Sequence record: MW735835.1
DNA length: 64,000 bases
Reading direction: 5' to 3' (one strand)
Source: Pseudomonas phage pPa_SNUABM_DT01
The position numbers were made by a program, and so were the translations under genes. This document shows positions 46,280 to 55,009 of the stretch, piece after piece (positions within the stretch are counted from its first letter, which is position 1; each line of letters starts with the position of its first letter). The notes beneath the pieces are model-generated. The model was not told where the DNA came from. It ran no database searches and worked only from the letters and a program-made list of their open reading frames with translations.

Positions 46280-46507
46280 ATGATCTTCCTCAAGGTTACC
46301 GTCATCGCACTGATCGCGATGCTTGTCCTGGCCTGGTTGGTTTATCGAGTCAGGCCGCGTTACACCAACTGGATCGACCACGACTGTGAGCGAGCCATGA
46401 GTTTCCTGATGTACCTGCGCACGACTTGGAAGGAACGCCTGTTCGCCTTGGTCTGCCTGTGGATCATCGTCTACTACAGCCTCATCAATAACCCCTGGAG
46501 TTCGTAA
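46280..46507 (+). CDS. Small membrane protein (75 aa, 2 TM helices)
   Basis: ATG overlapping the previous stop. Hydrophobic segments VIALIAMLVLAWLV and LFALVCLWIIVYYSLI. Confidence 0.4.
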   Translation: MIFLKVTVIALIAMLVLAWLVYRVRPRYTNWIDHDCERAMSFLMYLRTTWKERLFALVCLWIIVYYSLINNPWSS

Positions 46508-46508
46508 C

Positions 46509-46874
46509 ATGGGAGCCAAGGCGGCTATCCTGATTCACCTCTTTTCTATGGCGATGTTCATCACCTTGCTGGTGGCGTACATCATCCATGGGCTGATCTA
46601 CCCACGGGTATCTGGAACGATCCCGCTGGGCCCTCACACGGTCGACTACAAGGTCGGTCGAGTGCCGTTCTTCTCAGCACGCAAGTTCTTCGTCAAGTTG
46701 TACTACCGTTGGCAGTATGTCCCTGACTTGAACGGCTTCCTGCAAAGCAGTGCGGGTCGTGACTTGAAGTGCGAAGATAAGTCCTATTGGACACATCTCT
46801 TGGACTGCGGTCTTCTGTATCCGGCATTGTATGTTTATGTCTATGCCGGATTAGACTGGCTGCTGTTCGGATGA
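46509..46874 (+). CDS. Membrane protein (121 aa, multiple TM helices)
   Basis: ATG 2 nt after the previous stop. Hydrophobic N-terminal half. Confidence 0.45.
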   Translation: MGAKAAILIHLFSMAMFITLLVAYIIHGLIYPRVSGTIPLGPHTVDYKVGRVPFFSARKFFVKLYYRWQYVPDLNGFLQSSAGRDLKCEDKSYWTHLLDCGLLYPALYVYVYAGLDWLLFG

Positions 46875-46879
46875 TAATA

Positions 46880-46912
46880 AGGTCGGGATAACACCCGACC
46901 CTTTATTTTTGA
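46880..46912 (+). terminator. Terminator ggtcggg-ATAACAC-ccgacc plus CTTTATTTTTG
   Basis: Hairpin followed by a T-rich tract. Confidence 0.55.
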
Positions 46913-47100
46913 GGGGTCCTGTCGTGGAAGTGTCACTCAAAGCAATCCTGTTCTTCGCAACGCTGTTCCTCATCATCTCCTTCTGTACGTTGGAGGTGAA
47001 AAGAAAAGAGTGGGTCGACATGATCCGCATCATGCAGTGTGTCTTCTTCGGGGCCATCATCTGCATGTCCTTGACCGGGCTAGACATAGCCGGTTTTTAA
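46909..47100 (+). CDS. Small membrane protein (63 aa, TTG start, 2 TM helices)
   Basis: ORF-track entry. Hydrophobic composition. The non-ATG start lowers confidence. Confidence 0.3.
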   Translation: MRGPVVEVSLKAILFFATLFLIISFCTLEVKRKEWVDMIRIMQCVFFGAIICMSLTGLDIAGF

Positions 47101-47177
47101 GTACCTTGTGTGCATCATCTATGACAAACACTCGGGCTGAGGACACATCCTCAGCCCACTATTCCGAGGTACCGGTA

Positions 47178-47585
47178 ATGAATGCTTTTGGTATCAAGCA
47201 AGCCACTCTTCCTAAAGCTCCTGTCACCTGTGGCCGGATCATCGTCACGATGCCCACTCTGGAGCACGTGAAGGCTCTCCAGTTTCTGCTGAAGGACAAT
47301 GGCATCAGTCAGGAAGAGCCCATCCGTTACGAGGATTTCATCGCCAAGCCGAGTGATTACCCGGACAAGACCCGGTTGATCTGGCTGTTCCTCGAGAACC
47401 CGATGCAAATCTACTCAGTGATGGACCCGTTGACCATGTTCATGTGCGACGAGATCTTCGCTCTGGTTGGCAGGGCGGTCATTGTAACGCGCGACCAGTC
47501 TGGCAAACGCTGGGGCGTCAATGATGGTCCGTCGACGGAACACCTCGGTCAGTTCTGGGATGCGTTCGCTTACGTGAACCGTTAA
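47178..47585 (+). CDS. Hypothetical protein (135 aa). Alternative start at ATG 47121 (the ORF track lists 47010).
   Basis: ATG 47178 lies just after a 10-bp perfect hairpin gggctgagga-CACAT-cctcagccc (about 47134-47157). Confidence 0.4.
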   Translation: MNAFGIKQATLPKAPVTCGRIIVTMPTLEHVKALQFLLKDNGISQEEPIRYEDFIAKPSDYPDKTRLIWLFLENPMQIYSVMDPLTMFMCDEIFALVGRAVIVTRDQSGKRWGVNDGPSTEHLGQFWDAFAYVNR

Positions 47586-47634
47586 TAAAACCATCTGTCT
47601 GATCATCTATAGACAATAATAGCAAGGGGCCACC

Positions 47635-48360
47635 ATGTACAAACGTAAAGACACGATCGCCTTGGAGGCGGTGTTGTTGGAGAAGGGCTTGGATCTAAAC
47701 ACCGAGCTGGAGATCCTGGATGCCTGCAAACCTACGGCGAAAGATCTGTACGCTTCCCTGGCTTGTGCTCGCCGCCTGTTAGGCTATGGCATTGCTGTGC
47801 CGAACGTAACCATCGAACCCCGCAACACTTTGGTCGTGATGCAAGATATCGCGCTCAAGGGCGCTGACGGGGTCCACCTGGTCGTACGGACACAGTTCGA
47901 TGAGAACCTGCACCTAGACCGCTGTGACGTCATTATCAAAGGCGTTGTGCTCAAGGATCAAGGCCCTCGGGGCGGTGAACACACCGGCTACCTGTACTCC
48001 AAAGTGGAGATCACGACACTGGTTACGGTAACGCAGCTACTCGCTACGTTCGTCACTGACCTGTTCAAGCTGGTCTTCAACAGTGAATACGAAGAGGACC
48101 TGGTCCACATGGTCCTTCTCGAGGGTGTCGAGCTGAAGCGCGATCTGCCGATCCACTTCGCCAATCACTACCATGATGTCATCCTCAAGGACCACCCGTC
48201 CGTTGATGATCCGATTGGGGGTTACCCCGACCTGATCAAAGTGGCAGCGCTGTTGTTCCATCGCAACTGTCCAGACCAGGACAGCGTGATGTTCGTTCTC
48301 GAAAAGGGCGAAGAAGACGGCCATGCGGTCCTTGCCGTTCAGGTAGAGGAAGAGGCTTAA
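47635..48360 (+). CDS. Hypothetical protein (241 aa)
   Basis: ATG with agcaaggggccacc RBS. Confidence 0.55.
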   Translation: MYKRKDTIALEAVLLEKGLDLNTELEILDACKPTAKDLYASLACARRLLGYGIAVPNVTIEPRNTLVVMQDIALKGADGVHLVVRTQFDENLHLDRCDVIIKGVVLKDQGPRGGEHTGYLYSKVEITTLVTVTQLLATFVTDLFKLVFNSEYEEDLVHMVLLEGVELKRDLPIHFANHYHDVILKDHPSVDDPIGGYPDLIKVAALLFHRNCPDQDSVMFVLEKGEEDGHAVLAVQVEEEA

Positions 48361-48419
48361 CGGCCTTGACCCAGGGGAGGATGATCTTATGACACAATCC
48401 AATAAAGTAACTTCGGGTA

Positions 48420-48911
48420 TTGTCTATGGATCGAACTCCCCTGGCGCTTTGGGCTAAGCACCTCATAAGGGCCGCCATTGACTACTTCAATGAACGCTCG
48501 ACCAAAGCCTGTCTTATCGTTGACAACACCATTCTCAAGGATGGGGTCCTGGCCGCAATGGCTCAGGAGAACAACAGCAGTGACTTCATTGTCTGTGTCG
48601 CACCGGGTTTCACCACCCAGTTAGATTTCGGAGACGCTGATCTGACCATCAGTGTGAAGTTCCACGATGCTGCCCATTCAATGGTCATCCCGTACCACGC
48701 GATTCGTGCAGTGATTGCTGCCGACAGCGGTGGTGTGCTGACCGAGAACGGCCACATTAACATCATCAGCGTCCCGCCGGTTGTGTACCCGCCTGCGTCC
48801 CGCTACCGTAATGAAGAAGAACTGGACAAGATTGCTCAGCAAGTGGTAGAGGAAGAAGTCCATGCCCAGCCCACGCAGTCTGAGCTTCAGCTAGTTGTAC
48901 GGAGATCATGA
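48420..48911 (+). CDS. SspB-like ClpXP adaptor-like protein (163 aa)
   Basis: LIRAAIDYFNERSTKACLIVDNT parallels SspB LLRAFYEWLLDNQLTPHLVVDVT. FIVCVAPGFTTQLDFGDADLTISVKFHDAAHSMVIPYHAIRAVIAADSG parallels SspB IVLNIAPRAVGNLELANDEVRFNARFGGIPRQVSVPLAAVLAIYARENG. An acidic linker is followed by C-terminal LQLVVRRS, compare the SspB ClpX-binding tail LRVVK. Confidence 0.45.
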   Translation: MSMDRTPLALWAKHLIRAAIDYFNERSTKACLIVDNTILKDGVLAAMAQENNSSDFIVCVAPGFTTQLDFGDADLTISVKFHDAAHSMVIPYHAIRAVIAADSGGVLTENGHINIISVPPVVYPPASRYRNEEELDKIAQQVVEEEVHAQPTQSELQLVVRRS

Positions 48912-48918
48912 GGAAACA

Positions 48919-49230
48919 ATGGTCGCACAAGTCTGGAATGACACCTTCGGGAAACTTGAGTCCTTTACTCAGGAACTGGAGAGAGTCAAGTCTTACGTAG
49001 CCCTGTCCGAACTCAAGCCGCTGTGGCGGATCATGAAGTCGATTCAGTTGCGCTACCTTCCTGTGCTGGACGAGGATCTTTCTCGTCGGCTTGAGAAGAT
49101 GATTGAGAAGCTGGAGATTCAGGACGTGACGCCCACGGCCTACTCCGAAGATGCTGCTCGCACCATGTTAGGTAACCTCGGGTACTCGTGCTCCATCGAC
49201 CCAGATTCCTTCGATGAGGAAGATCGTTAA
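48919..49230 (+). CDS. Hypothetical protein (103 aa; the ORF track starts at 48895)
   Basis: ATG with gaggaaaca RBS. Confidence 0.45.
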   Translation: MVAQVWNDTFGKLESFTQELERVKSYVALSELKPLWRIMKSIQLRYLPVLDEDLSRRLEKMIEKLEIQDVTPTAYSEDAARTMLGNLGYSCSIDPDSFDEEDR

Positions 49231-49276
49231 GTCCTTGTCGTCCCACCCAAGCCAACACCAGTAGTAAGGGAACACC

Positions 49277-49930
49277 ATGAAGAAAGAGAACATTCCCAAT
49301 CCGCGTACTTTCCTCGGTCACCCGATCGTGTTCGTCGACTCGTACGAGCAAGTCGGCCGGATCGTTGCCACCCAGGGTCACATTGGCGAGTTCTTCGTTA
49401 TCGGAGACAACGTCAAGAAGCCTGGCGCGGCTGTCGAAGCGATTTTCAAAGATCACTTCGTCAAGCAATTCCGCATTCGTTCTTCTGGTTCATGGAATTC
49501 CCTGTTCCGAGCCATGGCTGACGTCGACACTGCACGTGAGGATGGTACTCACTACAGTGAGGCTCGCGACCTGATGTTCGTCTCGTTGCATTCGCCCCAC
49601 GACATCAGCTCGGCACTGAACCGTCATCGCGCACTGAACAACATCACGTGCCGCGAGATGTACTGGCTCGACACCATCCACCTCGGTGAAGAAGCCGACG
49701 ACCTGGTTGACATGGCCCTCAAGACCATGCCCTCGGTCATCACCCCGGTCCGTTACTCTGACCTGACCATTGCTCAGCGTTTCGACCTGACCGCCTTCGA
49801 GTTCGCTCGTTTCATGCGACCGATCCATTGTGTGGATTCGGTGGACAACAGTTACAAGGGTGCTCCGTTCTACCCCGACCTCGTGATCAGTGGCCAGTTC
49901 AAGCTGCCTAACCGCATCACACCTGACTAA
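49277..49930 (+). CDS. Hypothetical protein (217 aa)
   Basis: ATG with agtaagggaacacc RBS. Confidence 0.55.
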   Translation: MKKENIPNPRTFLGHPIVFVDSYEQVGRIVATQGHIGEFFVIGDNVKKPGAAVEAIFKDHFVKQFRIRSSGSWNSLFRAMADVDTAREDGTHYSEARDLMFVSLHSPHDISSALNRHRALNNITCREMYWLDTIHLGEEADDLVDMALKTMPSVITPVRYSDLTIAQRFDLTAFEFARFMRPIHCVDSVDNSYKGAPFYPDLVISGQFKLPNRITPD

Positions 49931-49931
49931 T

Positions 49932-49968
49932 GCGAGGGGCTTCGGCCCCTCCTTCCTTTTCTTTTGAG
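49932..49968 (+). terminator. Terminator gaggggc-TTCG-gcccctc plus CTTCCTTTTCTTTTG
   Basis: UUCG hairpin plus a T-rich tract. Confidence 0.6.
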
Positions 49969-49977
49969 AACACTGTT

Positions 49978-50256
49978 ATGATGACGCACTACCAACACCA
50001 GGATGATCACATCGTCATTGGTTCTGTCGCCGGTGACGAGGAAGCTCTGGCCAGCCTACTGAACAAGTTCAGTGACGCCGGTATCCAGCCCACGTTGATC
50101 AACCTGATCCATGAGGATGATCTGCACCTGATGATGGTGCACCACAAGGGCTTCGACGAAGCCACCTTGGCCGACCCGCAGAAAGCTCTGGCCAAGGTGA
50201 AAGAGATCCTCAATCCTTTCGCTGACGGCTTCACGGTCGCCCCTGAACAGCCGTAA
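49978..50256 (+). CDS. Hypothetical protein (92 aa; the ORF track starts at 49930 inside the terminator)
   Basis: ATG ATG at 49978/49981 after the terminator. Confidence 0.45.
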   Translation: MMTHYQHQDDHIVIGSVAGDEEALASLLNKFSDAGIQPTLINLIHEDDLHLMMVHHKGFDEATLADPQKALAKVKEILNPFADGFTVAPEQP

Positions 50257-50339
50257 GGAGCCATTATGTCATTCCACGAGGGTCACTACACACGCTAGCC
50301 TCCATCATGTCGATGGAGGCGCGAAAGTGAGTGACCAAG

Positions 50340-50594
50340 ATGTCTTACGACAAAGTATCCAAGCGCCTCAAGCGCCATCAGGATGCAGTGGCTGTGAATC
50401 AGCAACTGGCTATCTGCAAGTTTCACGAAGCGGTCGTGACGGAACCTTCTGGAGTCTTCCGTAAACGACATGCGCTGAACTGCGGACGGTCCAAATGCTT
50501 TCTTTGCTCCAATCCGCGGCGGCGGTTTAAAGCCATTACCTTGCCTGAACGTAGGGTAAACGAGGCGATGAAGTACGAACTGTTGTTCATCTAA
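50340..50594 (+). CDS. Small basic Cys-containing protein (84 aa; CKFHE..CGRSKCFLC), possible zinc-ribbon nucleic-acid binder
   Basis: The ORF track lists 50331 (GTG). The ATG at 50340 is in frame. Confidence 0.4.
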   Translation: MSYDKVSKRLKRHQDAVAVNQQLAICKFHEAVVTEPSGVFRKRHALNCGRSKCFLCSNPRRRFKAITLPERRVNEAMKYELLFI

Positions 50595-50596
50595 AC

Positions 50597-50630
50597 ATAG
50601 AGGGAGGCTTCGGCCTCCCTCTATGCCGTG
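50597..50630 (+). terminator. Hairpin atagagggaggc-TTCG-gcctccctctat followed by GCCG (reads CTCTATGCCG)
   Basis: 12-bp perfect stem with UUCG loop. Confidence 0.55.
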
Positions 50631-50688
50631 ACACAAGTGTTTTTGAACAAACCTGACCTATTCGATAGGTAACCAAGAGGATGCCGTC

Positions 50689-50976
50689 ATGGATTATTTT
50701 CACGTCTTTCGACAAGAAGGTCCGGTGTGCGTCTGCTTGACTCAATCACCGAACCACATCTATCAATGGGATAAATCTCGCGACTATGTGGCCAGTCATG
50801 TCATTGAGTTGCATGGTAAATGTTATCACTTGTTCATCTCGGGTGCTGAGAACATGACCATGCTTCGACAAGACAAGCACGCGGCGACTCGATTCGCTCG
50901 AGATTTCATCTGCAAAGGCAACGATGAATTTCTGGATATTGCTCGTATCCTGTTTAACCATCCGAGGAAGTTTTAA
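50689..50976 (+). CDS. Hypothetical protein (95 aa), AT-richer codon usage
   Basis: ATG with aagaggatgccgtc RBS. Confidence 0.5.
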   Translation: MDYFHVFRQEGPVCVCLTQSPNHIYQWDKSRDYVASHVIELHGKCYHLFISGAENMTMLRQDKHAATRFARDFICKGNDEFLDIARILFNHPRKF

Positions 50977-51567
50977 GTGGCGACCAAACAACAAAAGAAA
51001 ATGAAGAAGGCGCGCAAGATGCGCGAGAAACAGATCAAAGTCTTCTGGGGTATTGGATTTCTGATCGTGCTGGCAATTGGCCTTGTCTGGGCCAAACCGA
51101 GCCATGCAGCGGTGGTCGTGTCCCGTCCGGTCATAGTGGCCAGGCCAGCGGTCACACCACCGCCACCTCGGGTATCGCCCACTCGTGTGTCCAGCACACC
51201 GACCCCCAAAGCAGCCACTGCCACCGGTGCTCACCCTACGCAACGCTATAGCTCCAGCCTGAGCGGTAGTTCGTCCTCGCCGACGTTCTTGCCGATGTAC
51301 ATCCCGATCTACCTGCCGAGTGCTTCAACTCCTGGTACGGTCGAGAAAGTCGATGTGGCCACTCCCATGTTGACCAAGTGCACGCAGGAGCAGTTCCAGC
51401 AGGCGAAGCTGTGGCAGCAGGACTGCAAGCAGCTGGAAGACATCAGTGACCGTTACTGTCCGATCCTGTCGTACTTCCGTTACTGTAAGGAGGCCCAGCC
51501 TGACGAGATCAAAGAACTCAAGCAGGCAGGTCCGAACTACAAGCACGTCTACCTGATCCCGGAGTGA
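50977..51567 (+). CDS. Membrane-anchored Pro/Ser/Thr-rich protein (196 aa; basic N-terminus, one TM helix, proline-rich spacer, Cys-containing C-terminal domain)
   Basis: GTG start after gaggaag. TM helix IGFLIVLAIGLVWA. Spacer PAVTPPPPRVSPTRVSSTPTPKAAT. Confidence 0.5.
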   Translation: MATKQQKKMKKARKMREKQIKVFWGIGFLIVLAIGLVWAKPSHAAVVVSRPVIVARPAVTPPPPRVSPTRVSSTPTPKAATATGAHPTQRYSSSLSGSSSSPTFLPMYIPIYLPSASTPGTVEKVDVATPMLTKCTQEQFQQAKLWQQDCKQLEDISDRYCPILSYFRYCKEAQPDEIKELKQAGPNYKHVYLIPE

Positions 51568-51570
51568 CGC

Positions 51571-51942
51571 ATGGACGAGAACGAATACCCACTCAAACAG
51601 TGGAAGTCCAACGAACTGCTCAAGGCTGCCTGCAAGCACCTCCTTGAACAGCCGGAGTACGTGGCTATGGATGTGGCTCAGCGGGACGAGATGGTCCGCT
51701 TTGCTCACGCCTTGCGTCGCAAACTCATGTTGGTCGTGGATAAGCCCGATCAGGCGGATAAAGACTTCCTCCTGCGGGGTTTCTCTAGCCTGTATGACAT
51801 CGAGATCACCACCGACGATCACCTGCGTTACGTCGTGACCATCCATGGCTATACCTTCGTCTTCATCATGGGGATTCCACTCGGTGACAATAAAATCCAT
51901 CCCGCTATGCAGATACTGTTCCCGGAAGGACGTGATAGTTGA
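51571..51942 (+). CDS. Hypothetical protein (123 aa)
   Basis: ATG with ccggagtgacgc RBS. Confidence 0.5.
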   Translation: MDENEYPLKQWKSNELLKAACKHLLEQPEYVAMDVAQRDEMVRFAHALRRKLMLVVDKPDQADKDFLLRGFSSLYDIEITTDDHLRYVVTIHGYTFVFIMGIPLGDNKIHPAMQILFPEGRDS

Positions 51943-51999
51943 CGGCTTCTTCCCGTATTGCATTGACTACAACCGCTGTGCCATTCACAAGGACACAAA

Positions 52000-53424
52000 T
52001 TGATGATTCCGCAGAACTTGCTCGCTCTTAACGAGAACTTCATGACCCCGACCGACGACGTGTATCACGGCCTGATCGAGGACGTGCTCACCAACGGCAA
52101 CTACAAGGGTGACCGTACCGGTACCGGCACCTTCGCCGTCGTGGGCCGTATGGCTCGTTACAACCTGATGAACGGCCGTAGCCCTCGACCGACCACCAAG
52201 GCCATGAGCGACAACCCCGAACGCGAACTGTTGTGGTTCCGCAATGGTTCGTCTTCCATCAAAGAGCTACGTGACCAGAAAATCGGCATCTGGAACAGCT
52301 GGTTGATGCCTGGCTCGGCCAAGTACCGCCCGATGACCGTGGAAGAGATGAAACCCGGTATCATCAAGCATTACAAAGAGCAGGGTTACGACGACGTCGA
52401 GTTCGCTCCATATGCTGAAGGCGATGAAGACGTCACCGGTAAGTGGTTCACCGAGACCGGCATCAATCTCAACCCGAATGAAAAGACGCCCAAGGTGCGC
52501 ACGGTAGGTTATGCTGGCACGGCTGATCTGGCTGATTTCTACGCATGGCTATTGAGCATGAAAGCTCAAGTGCTGGTCGATGGTGATATCGGTCCTGGTG
52601 GCTACGGTCCTCAATGGCGCCACTGGCAGGACACTCAGCTCATCGACGAGAGCGAACTGCCAGCATACCAAGCTCAAGGTTACCAGCACGTCATCGACGT
52701 GCGTGACAGCGAAGCCTTCTATGGCAAGGTTGTGGTACACCGTGAGATCGACCAGCTGGCCAATGCGATCAAGCTGCTCCGTGAGGACCCGAACAGTCGG
52801 CGCATCATCGTGACTGCCTGGAACCCGGCACTGACCTGGAAAGCCGCTCTGCCTCCGTGCCACCTGTACTTCCAGTTCATCTCCCACGAGCTGACCTTGG
52901 AGCAGCGTTACATCATCGCCAAGGACCGTATGCTGCTCGAGAAGTACGACATCGCTCGTCATGAACAGCAAACCGGCATGATGGACTGCGCCCTGCGCAC
53001 CTGGAACGAATACGACATCCAGATCGACCGTCGTCACAAGACCGATGAAGAACTGCATGTCGTGATGGATCAGTTGCAGATCCCTCGCCGTGGCCTGTAC
53101 GGCTTCGTTCTGCTGCGTTCCAACGACCTCGGCCTGGGACAGCCGTTCAACGTCGCTCAGTACGCCAGCCTGACTCACATGGTCGCCCAGTGTGTCGGCA
53201 TGGCTCCGCTCGAACTGGTCTGGACTGCCGTGGATGCTCACGTGTATTCCAACCACGTCGAGGCACTGCGCGAACAGCTGGAACTCGAGTCCAAGGAATG
53301 TATCCCGCGGATCGTTCTGACCAAAGGCATCACCGACATCGACGCGTTCACCATCTCCGACATCAAGATCATTGACCACGAGATGCACAAGGCGCTGTCG
53401 GACAAGATGCCAGTCGCCGTCTGA
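52000..53424 (+). CDS. thyA: Thymidylate synthase (ThyA type) with two large insertions (474 aa versus about 264 aa canonical)
   Basis: DRTGTGT, PPCHLYFQF (PCH active-site Cys), LLRSNDLGLGQPFNVAQYASLTHMVAQ, HVYSNH. The insertions follow IWNSW.. and PCH. Confidence 0.85.
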   Translation: MMIPQNLLALNENFMTPTDDVYHGLIEDVLTNGNYKGDRTGTGTFAVVGRMARYNLMNGRSPRPTTKAMSDNPERELLWFRNGSSSIKELRDQKIGIWNSWLMPGSAKYRPMTVEEMKPGIIKHYKEQGYDDVEFAPYAEGDEDVTGKWFTETGINLNPNEKTPKVRTVGYAGTADLADFYAWLLSMKAQVLVDGDIGPGGYGPQWRHWQDTQLIDESELPAYQAQGYQHVIDVRDSEAFYGKVVVHREIDQLANAIKLLREDPNSRRIIVTAWNPALTWKAALPPCHLYFQFISHELTLEQRYIIAKDRMLLEKYDIARHEQQTGMMDCALRTWNEYDIQIDRRHKTDEELHVVMDQLQIPRRGLYGFVLLRSNDLGLGQPFNVAQYASLTHMVAQCVGMAPLELVWTAVDAHVYSNHVEALREQLELESKECIPRIVLTKGITDIDAFTISDIKIIDHEMHKALSDKMPVAV

Positions 53425-53642
53425 TGCTTGAGACGGTAGAAAAGGATGGGGAGTACTTCTCCCCATCCGGTCTGCGCTTCAAAGTGTTGCACCTTGGCAA
53501 ACATGGCCAGGATTGTTCGTGGCCAATGGTCATCTACACCAACCTCGAACCCACCCATGATCGCCCTGCTGGCGAAATCTGGGTGATCGAGGAGACGTTG
53601 TTCATGAAGCAGTTCTCCGATCAAGTACAGGAATCTCCATGA
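53424..53642 (+). CDS. Small DUF1653-like protein (72 aa), tentative
   Basis: Pattern GEYFSPSGLRFKVLHLGKH..PMVIYTNL..IWVIEETLFMKQF parallels Y.HYKG..Y.V...A.HSE....VVY..LY...WVRP...F. ATGA overlap with thyA. Confidence 0.4.
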   Translation: MLETVEKDGEYFSPSGLRFKVLHLGKHGQDCSWPMVIYTNLEPTHDRPAGEIWVIEETLFMKQFSDQVQESP

Positions 53643-53839
53643 ATCATACTCGCAACGCTGTCCGATTCTTCATTGTGATCTTCTGGATCATCGTGATCGG
53701 ATTGGGGTACACCGTCATTTCGCATTCCGGCAATGCGTACGCGCTTAGCTGGGCGTCTTGGTTGTTTTACGCTGTTGTAACCATCGTGGTGCTGTATATC
53801 GGCGCCGTACTCTCCTTCAAACTCTGGAACATCAAATGA
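53639..53839 (+). CDS. Small membrane protein (66 aa, 2 TM helices)
   Basis: ATGA-coupled. Hydrophobic composition. Confidence 0.45.
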   Translation: MNHTRNAVRFFIVIFWIIVIGLGYTVISHSGNAYALSWASWLFYAVVTIVVLYIGAVLSFKLWNIK

Positions 53840-54537
53840 AGAACATCTTCGCTGCTGTACTCATCATGCTCGCCATCGTTGGTTGCAGCCGTACCCCGTC
53901 GAACGTCCACGTGATCTCGACGACCAACTGCGGCGCATCGTGGGAGAAGCTCTCCGTCGGCTCCACTGTTCCCAAGCACACTGGCAACCCGTGCGGCTAC
54001 ACCGTGGCTCTGCCGAACTGGCCGATGGCCGGCGACACTCAGTTCAAGACCCAATTCTCCAAGAAGGTCCTGAGCAACGCGAAGATGTCGTACACCTACA
54101 CCATCACCGATCCGCTTCTGTTCATCAACGAAGCACGCTACCTCGGCAAGATGGGCGGCTCCCTCGAACTCTCTGCTGACAGCGTCGGCAGCCGTTACGA
54201 GATGGCTGAGAACATCATCATCGACAAGATGCTGCGTGAGGTGACGACTGAGCTGACTCGTGATCTGGACGTCGTCGATGCCAACCCGGCTGAGATCGAA
54301 GATGCGATCCTGAAGACCGCCAAGGACACCCTGGAGAAGAAAGGCATCGTCCTGAGCGATCTCGCCCTGGTCATCGAGAACGATGATCTGACTCGTCTGG
54401 CTATCGACGCCGCTACGGCGATCCGTGTGTACGAAGCTGCTGGCATCCGTTCGGTCGGCGAAAGCGTCATGACTGCTCGTGCCGGAGCTACCAAGATCCA
54501 GGTCATCACTGCCGCCGACGGCAACCCGGAACAGTAA
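53836..54537 (+). CDS. Lipoprotein with SPFH/band-7-like domain (233 aa)
   Basis: Signal peptide plus lipobox MKNIFAAVLIMLAIVGC. The C-terminal region KGIVLSDLALVIENDDLTRLAIDAATAIRVYEAAG resembles the SPFH core. The ORF track lists 53758-54537. Confidence 0.45.
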   Translation: MKNIFAAVLIMLAIVGCSRTPSNVHVISTTNCGASWEKLSVGSTVPKHTGNPCGYTVALPNWPMAGDTQFKTQFSKKVLSNAKMSYTYTITDPLLFINEARYLGKMGGSLELSADSVGSRYEMAENIIIDKMLREVTTELTRDLDVVDANPAEIEDAILKTAKDTLEKKGIVLSDLALVIENDDLTRLAIDAATAIRVYEAAGIRSVGESVMTARAGATKIQVITAADGNPEQ

Positions 54538-54541
54538 CGCT

Positions 54542-54808
54542 ATGGTCGTGACAGGAAGACGGCCCAACATGACCCATGTCTCGGGTGCGTTCTATCTTGT
54601 TCGCACCCAGGCTGGCCTGAAGAAAGCCATCAAGCATTACTTCGACGAAGACGATGCCAAGATGGATGTGCACGGCTATCCGAAGAAGTACCCGGCGTTG
54701 ATTAGTCTCAATACCGGGTATCAGGGCTACTGGTACATCGTCGTCAAGCAAGTACATCTGAACGATCTGAAGAAGGTCCTACTGGACCAAGGTGAAATCA
54801 AGGAGTAG
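54542..54808 (+). CDS. Hypothetical protein (88 aa)
   Basis: ATG 5 nt after the previous stop. The ORF track lists 54479-54808. Confidence 0.4.
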   Translation: MVVTGRRPNMTHVSGAFYLVRTQAGLKKAIKHYFDEDDAKMDVHGYPKKYPALISLNTGYQGYWYIVVKQVHLNDLKKVLLDQGEIKE

Positions 54809-54810
54809 TT

Positions 54811-54993
54811 GTGGACAAACGTACTTTCATGCTTCAGTTCATCCTGAATGCACGTCGTTCTGGCCGTGATCGGGATATCCATAGCGAACGCGATCGTAGT
54901 GAAATTGTGGATGCAGCTGAAGATCTGTGGAACAAGGTAAACGAGAAGTGTGGCCCGGTAGCTAATCCGCACACCCCTGTGCCGAGACCCTGA
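54811..54993 (+). CDS. Small hypothetical protein (60 aa, GTG start)
   Basis: aaggagtag RBS immediately upstream. Confidence 0.4.
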   Translation: MDKRTFMLQFILNARRSGRDRDIHSERDRSEIVDAAEDLWNKVNEKCGPVANPHTPVPRP

Positions 54994-55009
54994 CGATAAG
55001 GAGAAAACA

